Shown here: positions 22,873-35,674 of the stretch, piece after piece | How positions within the stretch are numbered: position 1 is the first letter of the stretch | How the letters are laid out: the number at the start of each line of letters is the position of its first letter | DNA from: Yuukianura sp. NJ FZ-2021 | Lineage: Eukaryota | Length of the DNA: 64,000 nucleotides | Reading direction: 5' to 3' | Assembly: GCA_046563655.1 (NCBI GenBank) | Contig: CM102290.1 | Coordinates: forward strand, 3,844,001-3,908,000 | Notes under the pieces: generated by a model | The model's input: only the letters and a program-made list of their open reading frames with translations | Database searches by the model: none | What the model was told of the DNA's origin: nothing | Position numbers and translations under genes: made by a program

Positions 22873-24974
22873 GTGGTGGCTTTTGGGAGTCAGTTACATT
22901 AAGCATTATGTTACACTTAAGAACTTGAATCCGAAGGACACTGTGAAGTGTCCACACAAAAAAAAAAGACAACAGACAATGGAGATTATTATAAGAAAGT
23001 GTGGTTGGTTTTTGTTTAAAAAAAATTAAAGTGGGTGGGCAAAGATTAATGTGCTTCACAATTTAAAATTCAGTTCCAAGTCACGCTTCGTTGGAAAAAA
23101 AACTTAGGAAAAAAAACTTTTCTTCTTCTATGTGTAGCTTTTCGTTTCTTTTGTTTTTCAAAAACAAAAAAACAAAAGAGGAACCTGAAGAACCTCCATT
23201 TTCAATAAAAATGGAGAGTTTACAATAATTAACAAGAATTTTAAAAAGTTAAAAACGAATTTACGCATTTTTGGGTAGTTTCTTCTTGAAATTGTAAATT
23301 GTAATTTTTGAATTGTACATCTAAAAAACTGCGGGGTAAATGAGAGAGGGCTCTTCGCCTAACTATAATTTCCGCATCATTCATGACTGCTCACGAACAA
23401 TGAGTGTAACTCATAGTGATAATAACTTTTAGGAATTGAATTAAATGTTGCACCATAACTTTTTAAGACGTTAGTTGTTAAAAAATAACGAACTTTCTGA
23501 AGAGGTTTGAAGGATGTGAAGGAGGTGCTAAGAGACATTTTACTAAATTAATGGCCATGGTCTAGTACCCTTGCTACTTTTTAACTTCAAATTAACTAAC
23601 TCTTACAACTCCTAAGTGTTAACTATACTTAACGCATATCATCTTTTCTTTTCTTTTCCAAAATTGATTTTCTGTTGCTTTACAGATGCGAGAAATTGAA
23701 TTTTTATGAACCTGACAGAAATATTTTGATGATGCAAACTGTTGAAAACGATAAACTTTTCTGCTTCATGCACTGCTACGTTCGAAAAAAAAATAAAAAG
23801 TTTCTAAGAAATCTACTTTTGAAAAGCAACTCTAATTTTGAAACTAACTTTTAACATAGTTAGTTTTCAGACAAGTGAATACTTTATGTTAGCAAACCTG
23901 TGAAAAAGAGGAAACAAGGAAAATGTTATTCCCTTTCGAGTTTTTAGTTTATTCGACATTTCTAATTCTGAAATTTCAGTTTTTTTTCGAGCATAGTTTT
24001 TCGGATTTCATTTTATTTCTGGGTTTGACCCGGAGTGACAATTTTTCTAAAACTCAGCTTTCTTGACGAAGCTGTATTTTTTGAATTTCAGAAGTTTGAA
24101 ATTTTGAAATACGTTGTAAAATAGGTTTGATGAAATGAAGAACTTGATTGTTTGAAATGTTTATTAAATTGTATTTAACTTTTATATATTTTTCTAGGTT
24201 TTCCAGGAACTTTTTTGGTTTACACTTACAACATCAAAGGAAAACGAACATTCCTTTTCTAAGAAAACGACAAAAAAAAAGTCCTGAAGCCACAAACGTG
24301 TTTCCTAAGTTGTGCATAAATTATTCATCAATCAGAAAGGACATTTGAAGGAAAATCGATTGGATACGACACGGGAATGAATAGGCAGAAAACGAATTTT
24401 TTGTGCTGTCCAAGTTCCTGCAAGACAACAATTGAACAGCAAGTGAATTGAAGTGCCTTTTTGTCAACCTGAAGAATTGCCCAACAACAAATTTCAAATT
24501 TTCCCTCCTCCGCCCAATTCAAATAAGTTCGGGAGCCCTTCAAATTGAATTTTGTGTAATAAGTGTCCAAGTACTACAATAGACATGAGTCTGTCCAAGA
24601 AGTAATGAACAAAGTGTTCCCTTGAGTGCTCTCCATTTTCACTAATACTGATGACGTAATTTGTGAACAATCCCTTTGCACACTACTACCTTCCAGAAAT
24701 CCATTAATAAACAGTCCCACAATTTCTTTTTATGGACAACATGAGGCGTTGGCTCTCAAAAGTCAAGAATATTCATCTATTATTTTTAAAAAAGTTTTAG
24801 TGCACAAAAGTGACAACTAAAGCCTGGTTCACACCATAGTAAAAAAAAAAACTTTTCGCGTTCCAAGTTTTTTCCCGCGCGAACTTATTTTAGACTATAA
24901 AATTTTTAAGAAAAGAATTCCCTAGCCTATTTTTAAATGAAATCGACAGTGAAGTGGCTCGTAGCCTCTTTGCC

Positions 24975-27900
24975 ATGGTCTCGACAATGAAACGATTGGA
25001 GGACTATGTAAAAGAAATGGCAAATCGACCTGAACCTACCCTGGACAACATGGACGTTACGCAACAACTATTGCAGAAAGAACGTGATCTCATTTTGGCA
25101 GCAGAGTTGGGCAAAGCCCTGCTAGACAAAAATGAGGAACTGTCGCGTCAAAATGAGCGAATCACGGAGGACTACACGCAGAAACTTGAGGTAAATTAAT
25201 AAATTTTGTAATTTAAAAATCATTTATTTTTGTGTTTTGCTATTTTGGCGGCGAAATTTACGTGAGTTGGTTCGCGGCTTTAGAAAAAATTTTTGACAGG
25301 GTTATAGTCACTCTAAAACAAAAGTCATTTTTGTAAACAATGGGATTTTGCAGTTTAAAATTCGCACGTTCAAATTTGCAAATTTGGAAATGATTAAAAA
25401 CATATTGTGCGAAGTGTGTGATGACTCATGAAGCCTCCAAATCATTCACAGTCACGTTAGTTACTTTTTTGATCAATTACTAATTTGTGAAGGTTATTAC
25501 GTAAATTGCTTGTCATGGACAGAAATTGCAAAATTTACGTTTTACGTCACCCATTGTACGCATCACGCGCCATAAATTTTTTTGGACATCTTGTGCCACC
25601 ATATTAGGAAAATCTTTGAAAGTAGAGATTAAAAGAACGAAAAATGGAGCATCGTGACCTTTGACCTTTGACAAATGTGGTTGACACACATTTTGGATTG
25701 TAGTAGAAGTTTCCGGAAGTTTATCAGTATGTTTGGTCCCATTAGTGAGTAAGGTGTTGACTATGTTATGAGGCCTACTATGTTAATACTGTTAGATAGA
25801 AAGAGAAAATGACCTGAAATTTCCCATAGTCAAAAACAAGGTCAACACTTTTGTGAGATATGATTTGTGGTTACGTTGTAAGTATTACATTTGTGATGAG
25901 ATGACTGATTCCCCGTCATGCGCATGAGCAGGATCGATTCTATGCTACGATTAGATTACTTTAGAATTAGGTGACTATTGAAAAATAATTAGTTCAAATG
26001 TAATCGATTAATTAGGTTAGGAAAACTGTGAACTTGGGAAATTACTCTAACACATAGTTCGGTTACACAATTCTTCGAGTCTATTCCAGTTAACAAAAAT
26101 TATACTAAATATTAAATTGTTTTTGGAGTTGATTTAGTTGTTTTGATGGATTATAACCATCAAGGAATTTAAACTTTTCTGATTTCTAAAGTTGACTGAT
26201 TGACTTAAATTGTTAAATTTGCTAACGTAAAGTTAAGTTATTCCAATGCGATTATCCAGGAAGTGGATCGTGGTGGATAGAACAAATGTTAGGAAGTTTG
26301 CATGTCAACCAATCCTAAAACAGAAAAATATGCTAAGGTTGTAAATATTTATTCTCTGCACTTTTCCAGCAAATAATCAATAGCCATCAACAAAACGAGT
26401 TTTGAAAGTTCATATGCAAACACGTTACCCTTCCTTTCTCTTTTCTTTTGTTCAAAAAATGCTGAAAAAGTGTGTTTGAACAAGCTTCATTGTAAGATAA
26501 AGAGGGATTTGGAGGTCACTGAAAAGTCAAAAACTTTTTTTTACAAAAAAAATGATTCACGAAATACAAAATATAAAATGAAAAAAAGCGATAATGTGCC
26601 TGAAAGTTTTTTTTTGTTCGAATTTTTGAAAGTTGCAGCTAAAATTACAATGTAAAAGTACGAAAATCGACATTTAAAATTAACAATTAGTCTTGAACGT
26701 TAGTTTTTTGTACAGCAATTTTATTTATATACATGTAAAACTAACAAAAAATCATTCGAATTCAAGCACTCACGATCAATGATAGTTTATTTAGTTATGT
26801 TATGTTATGTATTATATACATTTAATGTATATATTACACCGTGTAATAGGCTTAATATCTATTAGGTAAATATCAATAATGCCTCTAACCATGCTTCAGA
26901 ATCTATGTCCAATAATTATGCATTAGGGTTTGTTCATGTCCATAACGAAGAAATTTATTGCGGAATGTGCAGATTAACCTGATAATTTCCATTTGCTCAA
27001 GTTCGTTTCCATAAGGGCGTTTCCTCAAATTCCACTTAAGACAGGACCGTTATTTAAAAAAAAAATTCATCGGTTGCACTCAAGTCGAAGACGCTAGTAC
27101 TACAGTCAATCTTGTTTTTTTTTGGTTACACTGCTTTGAAAAGTTCACTCCTATCAAATATGTTGAACCAGAAAATAATTAACCAAAAAACCACAATAGT
27201 TAATTTTCGTCTTGATTTGTCTTATTTCTTCTCCAGGTTCTGGAACAGGAAAAGTACTTACTTCGTCGCAAGTTGCAAGCTGCTCTGTCAGACTACGATA
27301 TTCGCGTAACAGAACTACAAGGAGATGTTAGCGAATTGAAACGAGCACTGGAAGATCAGCAACGCCTGTTTCGGCAATCAGAAAAAGAAAAATCGGGTAT
27401 CATTACAGAACTGACGGATCAAAATCAACGACTAACTACTCAATTGGCAAAGGCCGTCAAGAGTGAAGATTCACTCAATCATCAACTACAAACACTCAGA
27501 GATCAATTCTCACTTAGGAAAGTGGCTCTGTCGGATCATGTCAATCATCTAGAAAACCTCAGAGAAGAGGTCAGTATAAGGTCAAACATAGCCTCAATCC
27601 ATTCGTTTTTGAAAGTTTTACTTTCTAAGGTCCTTTTTAAGTTTAATTACCTCTAATTTTTTAAATTAAGTTTGATTTTTGATATTTTTGAATAGATTGC
27701 CATCATATCTGCTGAGAAAGTGGAATTGGAGAGGAAGATCCATTTACTTTTGGCAGAAAAAGATGGAATATCTTCAAACCTAGAAGATTCAAGTGATCGA
27801 ATCTCGTATTTAGAGAGACATACAAGGGAACAAGAGCTACAAATTATGGGAAGTAGACATGAACTAGAGGAAATGAGAATAGCTAATCAAGCTCTCTCTG

Positions 27901-29962
27901 CAAGGTAATTTAAACTTAATTGAAAATAATTAAGTTAATTACACCTTGTACAACAAGGATAATCAACGTAAAGAGATCAGATTCCGTCCACGTTTGGATT
28001 TGAGTTAAAACGATCCAGTTTCTCTGTATTTGGGCTTGACTTGATTTTGATCAAGGTCAATTGAATCGCCATACGTAGAAATTGAGACGTTTTTTAATTA
28101 GTTAAACATTTTGATTAATCAAGAGTTCAAATTGAGTAGTTACAATTATAATATTTCTTATTGATTCAAAAAAAATTACTATTGTTTTAAAAATATTTTC
28201 AACGTTTTCTACTCAAGACTTTTAAAGCGACGCCACGCTTTGGCTCAGTAAAAGGCGGGCACATTTGAATTTTGAATTTTTCTTTGTTGTGCATTTTTTG
28301 TAAAAAAAAAATCAAAAGTTATTTTACAAATTGGAGCAATTTGCTAACTTAAATTAAGCCACAATTAAATCAATTTGTTGTACAAAAAGTATCAATTAAA
28401 CGATTAACTCAGTAAACGAGAAGCAATAAGCAACTAAACGTCAATAATGTTGGACAAACTGAAGTGTTATGTGTCAGTATAAGTATAACTAAACAGTCAA
28501 GCAAAGTATAGTTAATTAGCATTCAATGTTTTAATTAATTTTGTTTATTTCTAGACTCGACCTTCTAAATCGTTCCACAACCGTGAATCGCTCTCTCCTT
28601 ACTGAACTGGAACTGTCCACTGATTTCAGGACTACCTCTGGTCTTTCCGCTGCATCTTCGGGTATAGGAGTCGAAGAAGATGACCTCGACAATGATGATG
28701 GTCTCAATCCCGATATGAAGCAGGTCAAATTCAGTTTCATGTCGTTAACTAAGCGTTTTAATTGTTAAGACAGAAGTTGTAAGTTCATTTTCATTGGATG
28801 TTTAGCTGAAAGAGGAGGTTTGGTTGGCTTACTGTTCAATCCTAGCAATGTGTCAACAACTGAAAGCGATGAAAGCAAAGTCACAGGACAGTTTCACGCT
28901 AGATTCATCTGTAAATGGTTCAACACCATTCCAGTTCAAGGTTCGCAATGTATAATCAGTTTACGAACTTATATTGTTAAGAACTGAAAAGTTAAATTAA
29001 GATCTGGATTGGATTGATTTATCAAGTTTTACGTGTTTATTCCAGCCTGGTCTTCTCCGTTCAACGCTCGAGGAGCTCAAGTCCCTTCTTCGGAACTTAT
29101 CTACTGTGGAGGGTATGGAAGAGCCCGGGGCATTCAAATCACAAATCGAGCTAGAGATGCGACTGCATTCCGTTGAAGAGAGTCTCGACAAAGCTGAGAA
29201 AACGTTAACGGACAAATCAGAAGAGAATAAACGTCTGAAGGAAACTGTTAATCAGCTTACTAGTAAGCCTGGAATTCAGTACTTTTAACTGCTGAAGGGT
29301 ATGTTCAATTGTAATCAATATTTTTCAATACCTTTAGGTCAACTGACCATACGAGAAGCCGAGCTAGCTGCAGTTACTGAAGAGCGGGACAATTCAAGAC
29401 GAGATCTCAACGAGACGCATCTTGCCAAAGATGAAATCGTCAAAAAAGCTTGGGAACTGCGTGATAAGGCTGTCGAACGTAAAAATAAAGCGGAAATTGA
29501 TGTCGCACGAACCAGAATCGATATGATGCAGGTTAGTAGTAGCTGAAACGCTAGAAATTCAAAACCCAAACGAACTTATGAAGCTTCATGGGTTCATTTT
29601 TCTATTCGAACAGGTCAACAGTCAACTCATGGAAGCAGTCCAGCAGAAGATTCAATTGAGTCAACAACTGGAGCAGTGGCAGGTTAGCAAACCATAAGCG
29701 ATTGATGTAATCTTTGCCTATCTTTATGAATTGCTAGGAGAGGGATCATTCACTCGCTGATTTTTAAAGCAATTTGTCAAACACGGTTTGTTACTTTCAG
29801 GTTGATATGCAGCAGCTTTTGGACGAACAAATGAGGACCAAGTTATCCAACCAGGAAGTCAAAGAAAAGCCAGTTGTCGTACCAGATCCATCCGTCACTA
29901 GTTCGCAGTTCGAAAGAAAGCGAAATCGGTTGTTCGCGGTGTTTCGCAATTTCAACTCTTGA
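24975..29962 (+). CDS. BICDL1: Bicaudal-D-related protein (dynein adaptor, coiled coil), ~9 coding exons
   Basis: [25 protein letters not shown] (CC1 box AAxxG), [12 protein letters not shown] and C-terminal [27 protein letters not shown]. Approximate exons: 24975-25190, 27237-27569, 27696-27904, 28555-28723, 28806-28940, 29046-29262, 29339-29531, 29614-29682, 29801-29962. Confidence 0.88.
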
Positions 29963-30444
29963 AAAGCGAACCAACCTCGAATAGTCGAATAAGCATACCA
30001 AAAAGTATCCTGTATACCCTCAACCCAAAGTATTTTAGTCAGCAAGTGACGCCTTTCAATTTGTCCAACATCGTTAGTGACTTCTCTTCCGCCCAATTCT
30101 ACTAACCAAACAAAAGTTCGTTTTCCTCGTTGCCTTTGCATGAAAATCTTCAACTCAAAGGTGCTAAGAAACTATTATTACACTACAATTTAAAGTGCAT
30201 TAAAATAAAAATGAGTTAAGTAACGGTTAACACACACCTTCCTTTTGTGATATACTGACTGGAACAATAAAAACAAAATATTTATCTGACCTTGCAATTA
30301 AAATTAATAAATGTGTGATTTGACTAGGTTGTTCAGCATTTACTCTCCGAGTTTGCGCGCGTAATTTAATACAAAAATGATTTTATATCGTTTCTACTTA
30401 CATAATTCAGGAGCCTAAATTGTCGTTCTAGAAGTTGGATAACT

Positions 30445-31351
30445 TCATCTGTCTCTATCCCTGGAGTTGGATGGTGAATCGTACCGCCGCGACTGAAAAT
30501 TCATCACGGAAACACCGAATGCTAACGAAAGCAAGCTTGCCAGAAGGATCATCTCTAATCTACTCCGCCGTCCTTGCGTATGAGCAAATTCTCGATGTAC
30601 ATGGATTTTGTGTTTAAGTTTTTCTTGGCGTGCGAAAACTCGGCCATAGTGTGCTTTAGACCTGTGGGTATTAACGCAGAACATGTTTAGTACTTTTTTT
30701 TTAAAAAGGAAAGTTTAGACTAGAATTTTTAGCCAATTCGAGAGAATGTGGGATAAACGTCGAATTGAGAGGACTCACCAGTCGTCATAATTGAATTCTG
30801 CTGTTCGCCCAGTACTTGGAGACTTAGTCCTTTTTGGCTAAAACGAATTCAAAACTGTGAAAGTTTTCCACATAACCCAGCAATAAAGTAGAAGAAAACT
30901 AACATCAAAGTTATCCAAGTTGACTCGACCGGTGGTGTGATGGGACGGTTCTGGAGGGGCAGGATGGTGGTCACCATGTAAAGCTCCACGATCGTACAGC
31001 CTTCTTAACTTTAGATTTCCAAGGACTTCATAAGCCGCTGTAATTTCTCGAAACTTATCACCTTGACCCTGTAAACACCCAAAAATGAGATAGTTTAAGA
31101 CAGCGGCTAAAGTTTATATATAGTTTATAGACAGCCATTATCCATTTCATTACCGTTGTAACATCGGGATGGTACTTGAGTGACAGCTTGTAATAAGCCT
31201 GCTTGATGTCGCCTTGCGATGCCTTTGGCGTAATTTCCAAGGAATCATAGTAGTTTTTCTGAGTACTGCGACTAGAAGAGTAGTTTCTGAGCCAAGTTCT
31301 ATTACAAATCGTAAATGACACCCAGCAGCACCTCCGATGAATACATGACAT
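30445..31351 (-). CDS. Mitochondrial-type J-domain protein, DNAJC30-like, 4 exons
   Basis: Arg-rich leader; J domain NYYDSLEI..IKQAYYKLSLKYHPD..KFREITAAYEVLGN..RRLYD; then FNYDDWSKAHYG and a C-terminal hydrophobic segment MILLASLLSLAFGVSV. Confidence 0.82.
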
Positions 31352-31803
31352 GCTAATGTTATAGCACGCCGGCTACTGAAATTAACAAAAAATATATCGT
31401 CAATCACCGTGTCTTGTCTTGCTTATGTTACGCTTAAATCCTACCACTTAATTACCGTACTACTAAAACACCGGTTTTTCTTACAAATGTGAAACTTTAG
31501 AATAAAACAAAAGTTTACCGTAACCGATTTGTCAACTTTTCATCCCCAGCCACGTGTATTCGGTTTTACATAACTCCAGATCTAGTTACTTCAAAATACT
31601 AATTAGAAACCAAAATTATCAAAAAAAAAACTGATAAAGAAAAGACAAAAACCATGGCAGGCACGGCCAAAAAAAAACTCAATTTTTTTTTCAAAATCAT
31701 ATGATTCTCCCTCATTCCAAAATTCCCACGCTGGTAATAAATTTTTCTGCCCACACTTTGGAGTGGAAGATAACGGTTTTTGTTTAGTAGCTTCGCTCAC
31801 GTC

Positions 31804-32040
31804 GGTCGAGGTAACGATTGACGACCGTCACTGTAGCCGCACAATGTAGCCACTTCGCCATTTTGAATGGCTACACTAGGTGGCAACTCGAGTAGCCACT
31901 TTAGGGGCTAAAGTTTAGCCCAAAATAGCGCAAAGTGGGGGAAACACAAGTAACCTCACAGTGTAGCCACCCATTTGAGTCCCAAAAATGGCCGGAGGGG
32001 TTACACTGTTCTGTGTGGCTACATGGCTACAATCACGCCT
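31804..32040. mobile_element. Degenerate MITE, family A
   Basis: Left end GGTCGAGGTAACGATTGACGACCGTCACTGTAGCCGCA matches the TIR of the 12633 element, with the same TGTAGCC/GGCTAC sub-repeats. Right end decayed. Confidence 0.7.
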
Positions 32041-32241
32041 ACCCTGAGCTCAAAGTTAATTAAATCTAGTCAATTACACTTTCAAAATGTTAGGTAAGTT
32101 TTAATGATGCAAAAGCCAAAAATTAGAACAAGGTGTGTGTGGTAATGAGTAACGTAACCAAAGAAAGTAAAGAAGATTTGGTGAGTTTCAATCTGTAGGA
32201 AATTATGCTCTTAGGAATTAGCTCATTCTTCGTGAATTCCT

Positions 32242-34438
32242 TCAGCCTTTGAGGGACGATAAGCCAGCACGCATGATTTCATCACACAACAGAAGATTTG
32301 TAGCCACCACAATACTAGACATAACGCAACAGAATTATTATAGTACCAACATGCATGTACTGGAAATGGTAAAGATTTGAGAGAGATTCTACCTGGCATC
32401 GATTATCTGTCTCTTGACACAGTAGTTGTCCACAATTCCTTCAGCTGATGGAAACATAACGCCACCAGACTCCAAGTCCAGTCCCAGCACTTGGTCACCG
32501 GCGCCATGGTTTTGTGTTGCCTTTATGATCATGTCTTGACCATCGTAACCTGCATTTGTGGCCAATACTTTCGGAATCACCAAAACAGCTCGGGAAAACA
32601 ACTTCACCCCAAGAATTGCTCGACCTTGGACCTAAATCATAACCAACGTTATTTTTACGTTTCTAACCACAAAATTAAAAGAAAATCATTGGAAAACTTA
32701 CTCGAAGTGTTTTCAATTTCTTGCTCAAAAGCATTTCATAAGCTCCAGCACCTGGAACTAGACGACTATCTTGATAGGCGTTGAATAGGGACCGAAGTCC
32801 ATCTCGAACAGCATCCTACCAAGGAACATTAAAAATTAGAATGTACAAAATTCAAGAAATATTGGATAACCTTAACCTACCTTCATTTGTGCCATTCCGT
32901 GTTTCGTTGGGCTCTTGAGTAGAATTGTAACACTCTTTGGATTTCTACAATCCTCGACAAAAGTGTATTTTTCTTCACCCTATGAAGCAAAAAATCTTAT
33001 CTTCTTCATTTTCTGGAAAAAGTAAAGTAAGTAGCTTTAGAAACTTACAATGACATGTTCGTAGACACTTCCAGCATAACCGAGGCACTCTGGTGTCAAG
33101 TCATCAAATGAATTCATCGCCGTTCCACCGCAAGCCAAGCTAAGACGTTCCATATTCCTTCGTTTTGCTCGACGGAGAGCCAGGATTCCCTCCTTTGCGA
33201 GAACGTCTAAGCTCAGTGGATCAATTCCCTTCTGATTGATGACCACAAGAGTCTTGTCACTTCCTGCTGGACATACTTCTTTTTTGAGAGCAATGATTTT
33301 CTGGACTCGCTGGTCAATGAATTTACGCTCAGATGCCAGAAGTTTCTCCCGATCCTCCGCAGTGTTGTAAAAGAAACCAGAGTTGACCTCGCTGTAATCC
33401 ACAAACATGGATTGGGAAAATGTTACTGACAACAACTGAAGTACTGTTTGTGCAGTAAAAAAAGTCAAACTTACGTTTTCTCATACTCCAAAGAAACATT
33501 GCATGTTAGAATGTAGCAATTCTCTAAACCCTTGGGCATATCCGGATGTCGTCCACCATGGTCAAGCACAATACCCCTAACGAGCGTAGTTTGCAGTTCG
33601 TTTCGATGTTGCATCTCCATCATTTCAACCATGTGAAGATCAATTGGTTGTCCTTTTTCATAAATACAGAAGATAGCATCTTCACAGATCTGGAATTGAG
33701 AATGAATATCATCAAGACATTTAGAACATAGTACTAAATACGGTGAGAATTATAAAAAAAAATGCTAATTGTAAGTACTCACCTGAGCAAGTTTATCTGC
33801 CAGCTTTCGATGTACCTTGGTTCCCAGCGAAGTACGGGCCACGGAGAGGAGAACGTCTCGATCGTTGAGGTTAAGTGGCATAGCTATAGAATCCAGTACA
33901 TTCATTGCCTCTTCTCGTGCAATTTCCAAACCATCAGCGATGACACGTGGATGAACTCCTTCTCCAATCAAACTGTCAGCCTGTTTCATAATTTCTCCGA
34001 TAAGTAGAACGATTGACGTAGTTCCATCCCCGACAATGTCATCATGCGCAGTGGAAGCTTTTGCAATCAACGATGCTGTGGGATGTTGGATTTGCTGTTC
34101 CATAAAATAAAACACACTGTAAGTATACTTCAGAAGAAATGAATATACATAAAACGTTACCATTTCGTGCAGAAGCACATTTCCGTCCTTCGTCACTTTG
34201 ATATCCCCTGCTCCGGAGACCAACCTGTAATCAATGATAGAAGCTTCAGTAAGTGACATCTTAACTTCGACACTCAATACAATTAGAACCAATTGACTCA
34301 CATTTTCATTGTTCCCTTCGGACCGAGATTTGACTTCATAACTTCTGAGATTCCACGGGCAGCGGAGATGTTGATCGCTAGAGCTTGAGCTGCCCGGGCA
34401 AACTCTGCCTTTGGATTAAGAATGTTGATGGCTGCCAT
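32242..34438 (-). CDS. CCT6: T-complex protein 1 subunit zeta, multi-exon
   Basis: [88 protein letters not shown]-terminal [12 protein letters not shown]. Confidence 0.97.
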
Positions 34439-35674
34439 TGGACGGTATTGATGTAATTGTTTTCAAGAACTGAAGTTATTCAATTACTTTTAGTAAATCG
34501 AAGTTGTTCAACCCACCGGTTCTCCGTAAAAGGTAAAAGAAAGGCAAGGCTTGGAGGTACTTACTACTGTGGTTTTTCTTACTGAAAAATGAATCACATC
34601 TCCTCTGTTTTCGCCAAAAGACACCGCCACACACCCCCACCCTCCTACTCCCAGTATGGCATTTAAATGTAATATCGTTAATTCATAACATACTAAAACA
34701 TAATAATTAATATTCCAATTAATAAATTTAGGTAAAAATTTGTCATCATTTATGATTTGTTGGGTATTATTGGCAGTAGAGTTAACAATTTCATTCAGAA
34801 GCCGATCAATGACTCTGGTGGTGTTCTGGATGATTCTACCAAAATTCAGACTAATTGCACGCCTCTTTGGCGCCGAAACGGCATTTAAATTTCTTGTAAC
34901 AATAAGACGCACCTAAAAACACAAACATTTTCTTGTGACAATAGAAATTTCACAAAATAATTGTTTGCAAATTATAATTTGCAAAATAAGTGGCAAAAGA
35001 AAATTTTGATCGGACTGGCTTTTACTCCTCACACGGTAATAAATTGTTTGTTTTGTTTTAGTAGTGTAAACTTAAATGATAAGTTAACTTAAACATTATA
35101 AATGAAAATGATAACAATTAATTTAAATTACAAATAATTAACAAAGAACAGAGTGAGATCAGTTCCTAAAAAAAACAATAGTAACATACTACACAAAAAT
35201 TATTATTTATGAGCACATTATAAATTACTCTCCCAATTTTTTCTCTTCAAAATTAATTACTTTTTCGTTTTTTAGGTGGGTACGGGTGTGGGGTCAGATT
35301 AGGTCAGCATGGTTCCAGGCCATTATCACGAAAACAATAAGTGCGAATTCCACAAGTTGGCAACACTGGAACTACATTACTAATGAAATTAAACCCACCC
35401 TTTTAAAAAAACCCAACCATCACCCACCCCATTTAGGTTCAGTTCCACTGTTGCCAATTTGCTCAATTCGCGCTTATTGTTTTAGTGCTAATGACCTGCT
35501 CCGGGTCAGCATACCCAACCGACTAAAGCTTACTCGACTAACTTTTGGATTAGTATGTTAATTAACATTGACGCTGAACTCACTTAAATTAAGTTAGTAA
35601 TTAAACCTTGTTTGTACAAATGAATTTCGGCAGAGAACAAAACTAGAATTAACAACAATTCAATAAATTAACTG

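Noticed and set aside
15250..24900. Short ORFs, (ACACGT)n near 16420 and scattered TTAGG/CCTAA words
   Set aside because: No coding signature and no tandem telomeric array; probably BICDR upstream or 5' UTR intron sequence.
32242..34438. Intronic snoRNAs in CCT6 (vertebrate CCT6A hosts some)
   Set aside because: The introns are only about 50-85 nt and I saw no convincing C/D or H/ACA boxes.
34508..34912. 134-aa minus-strand ORF between dumpy and CCT6
   Set aside because: Non-ATG start, no recognisable domain, and it overlaps the probable CCT6 promoter.
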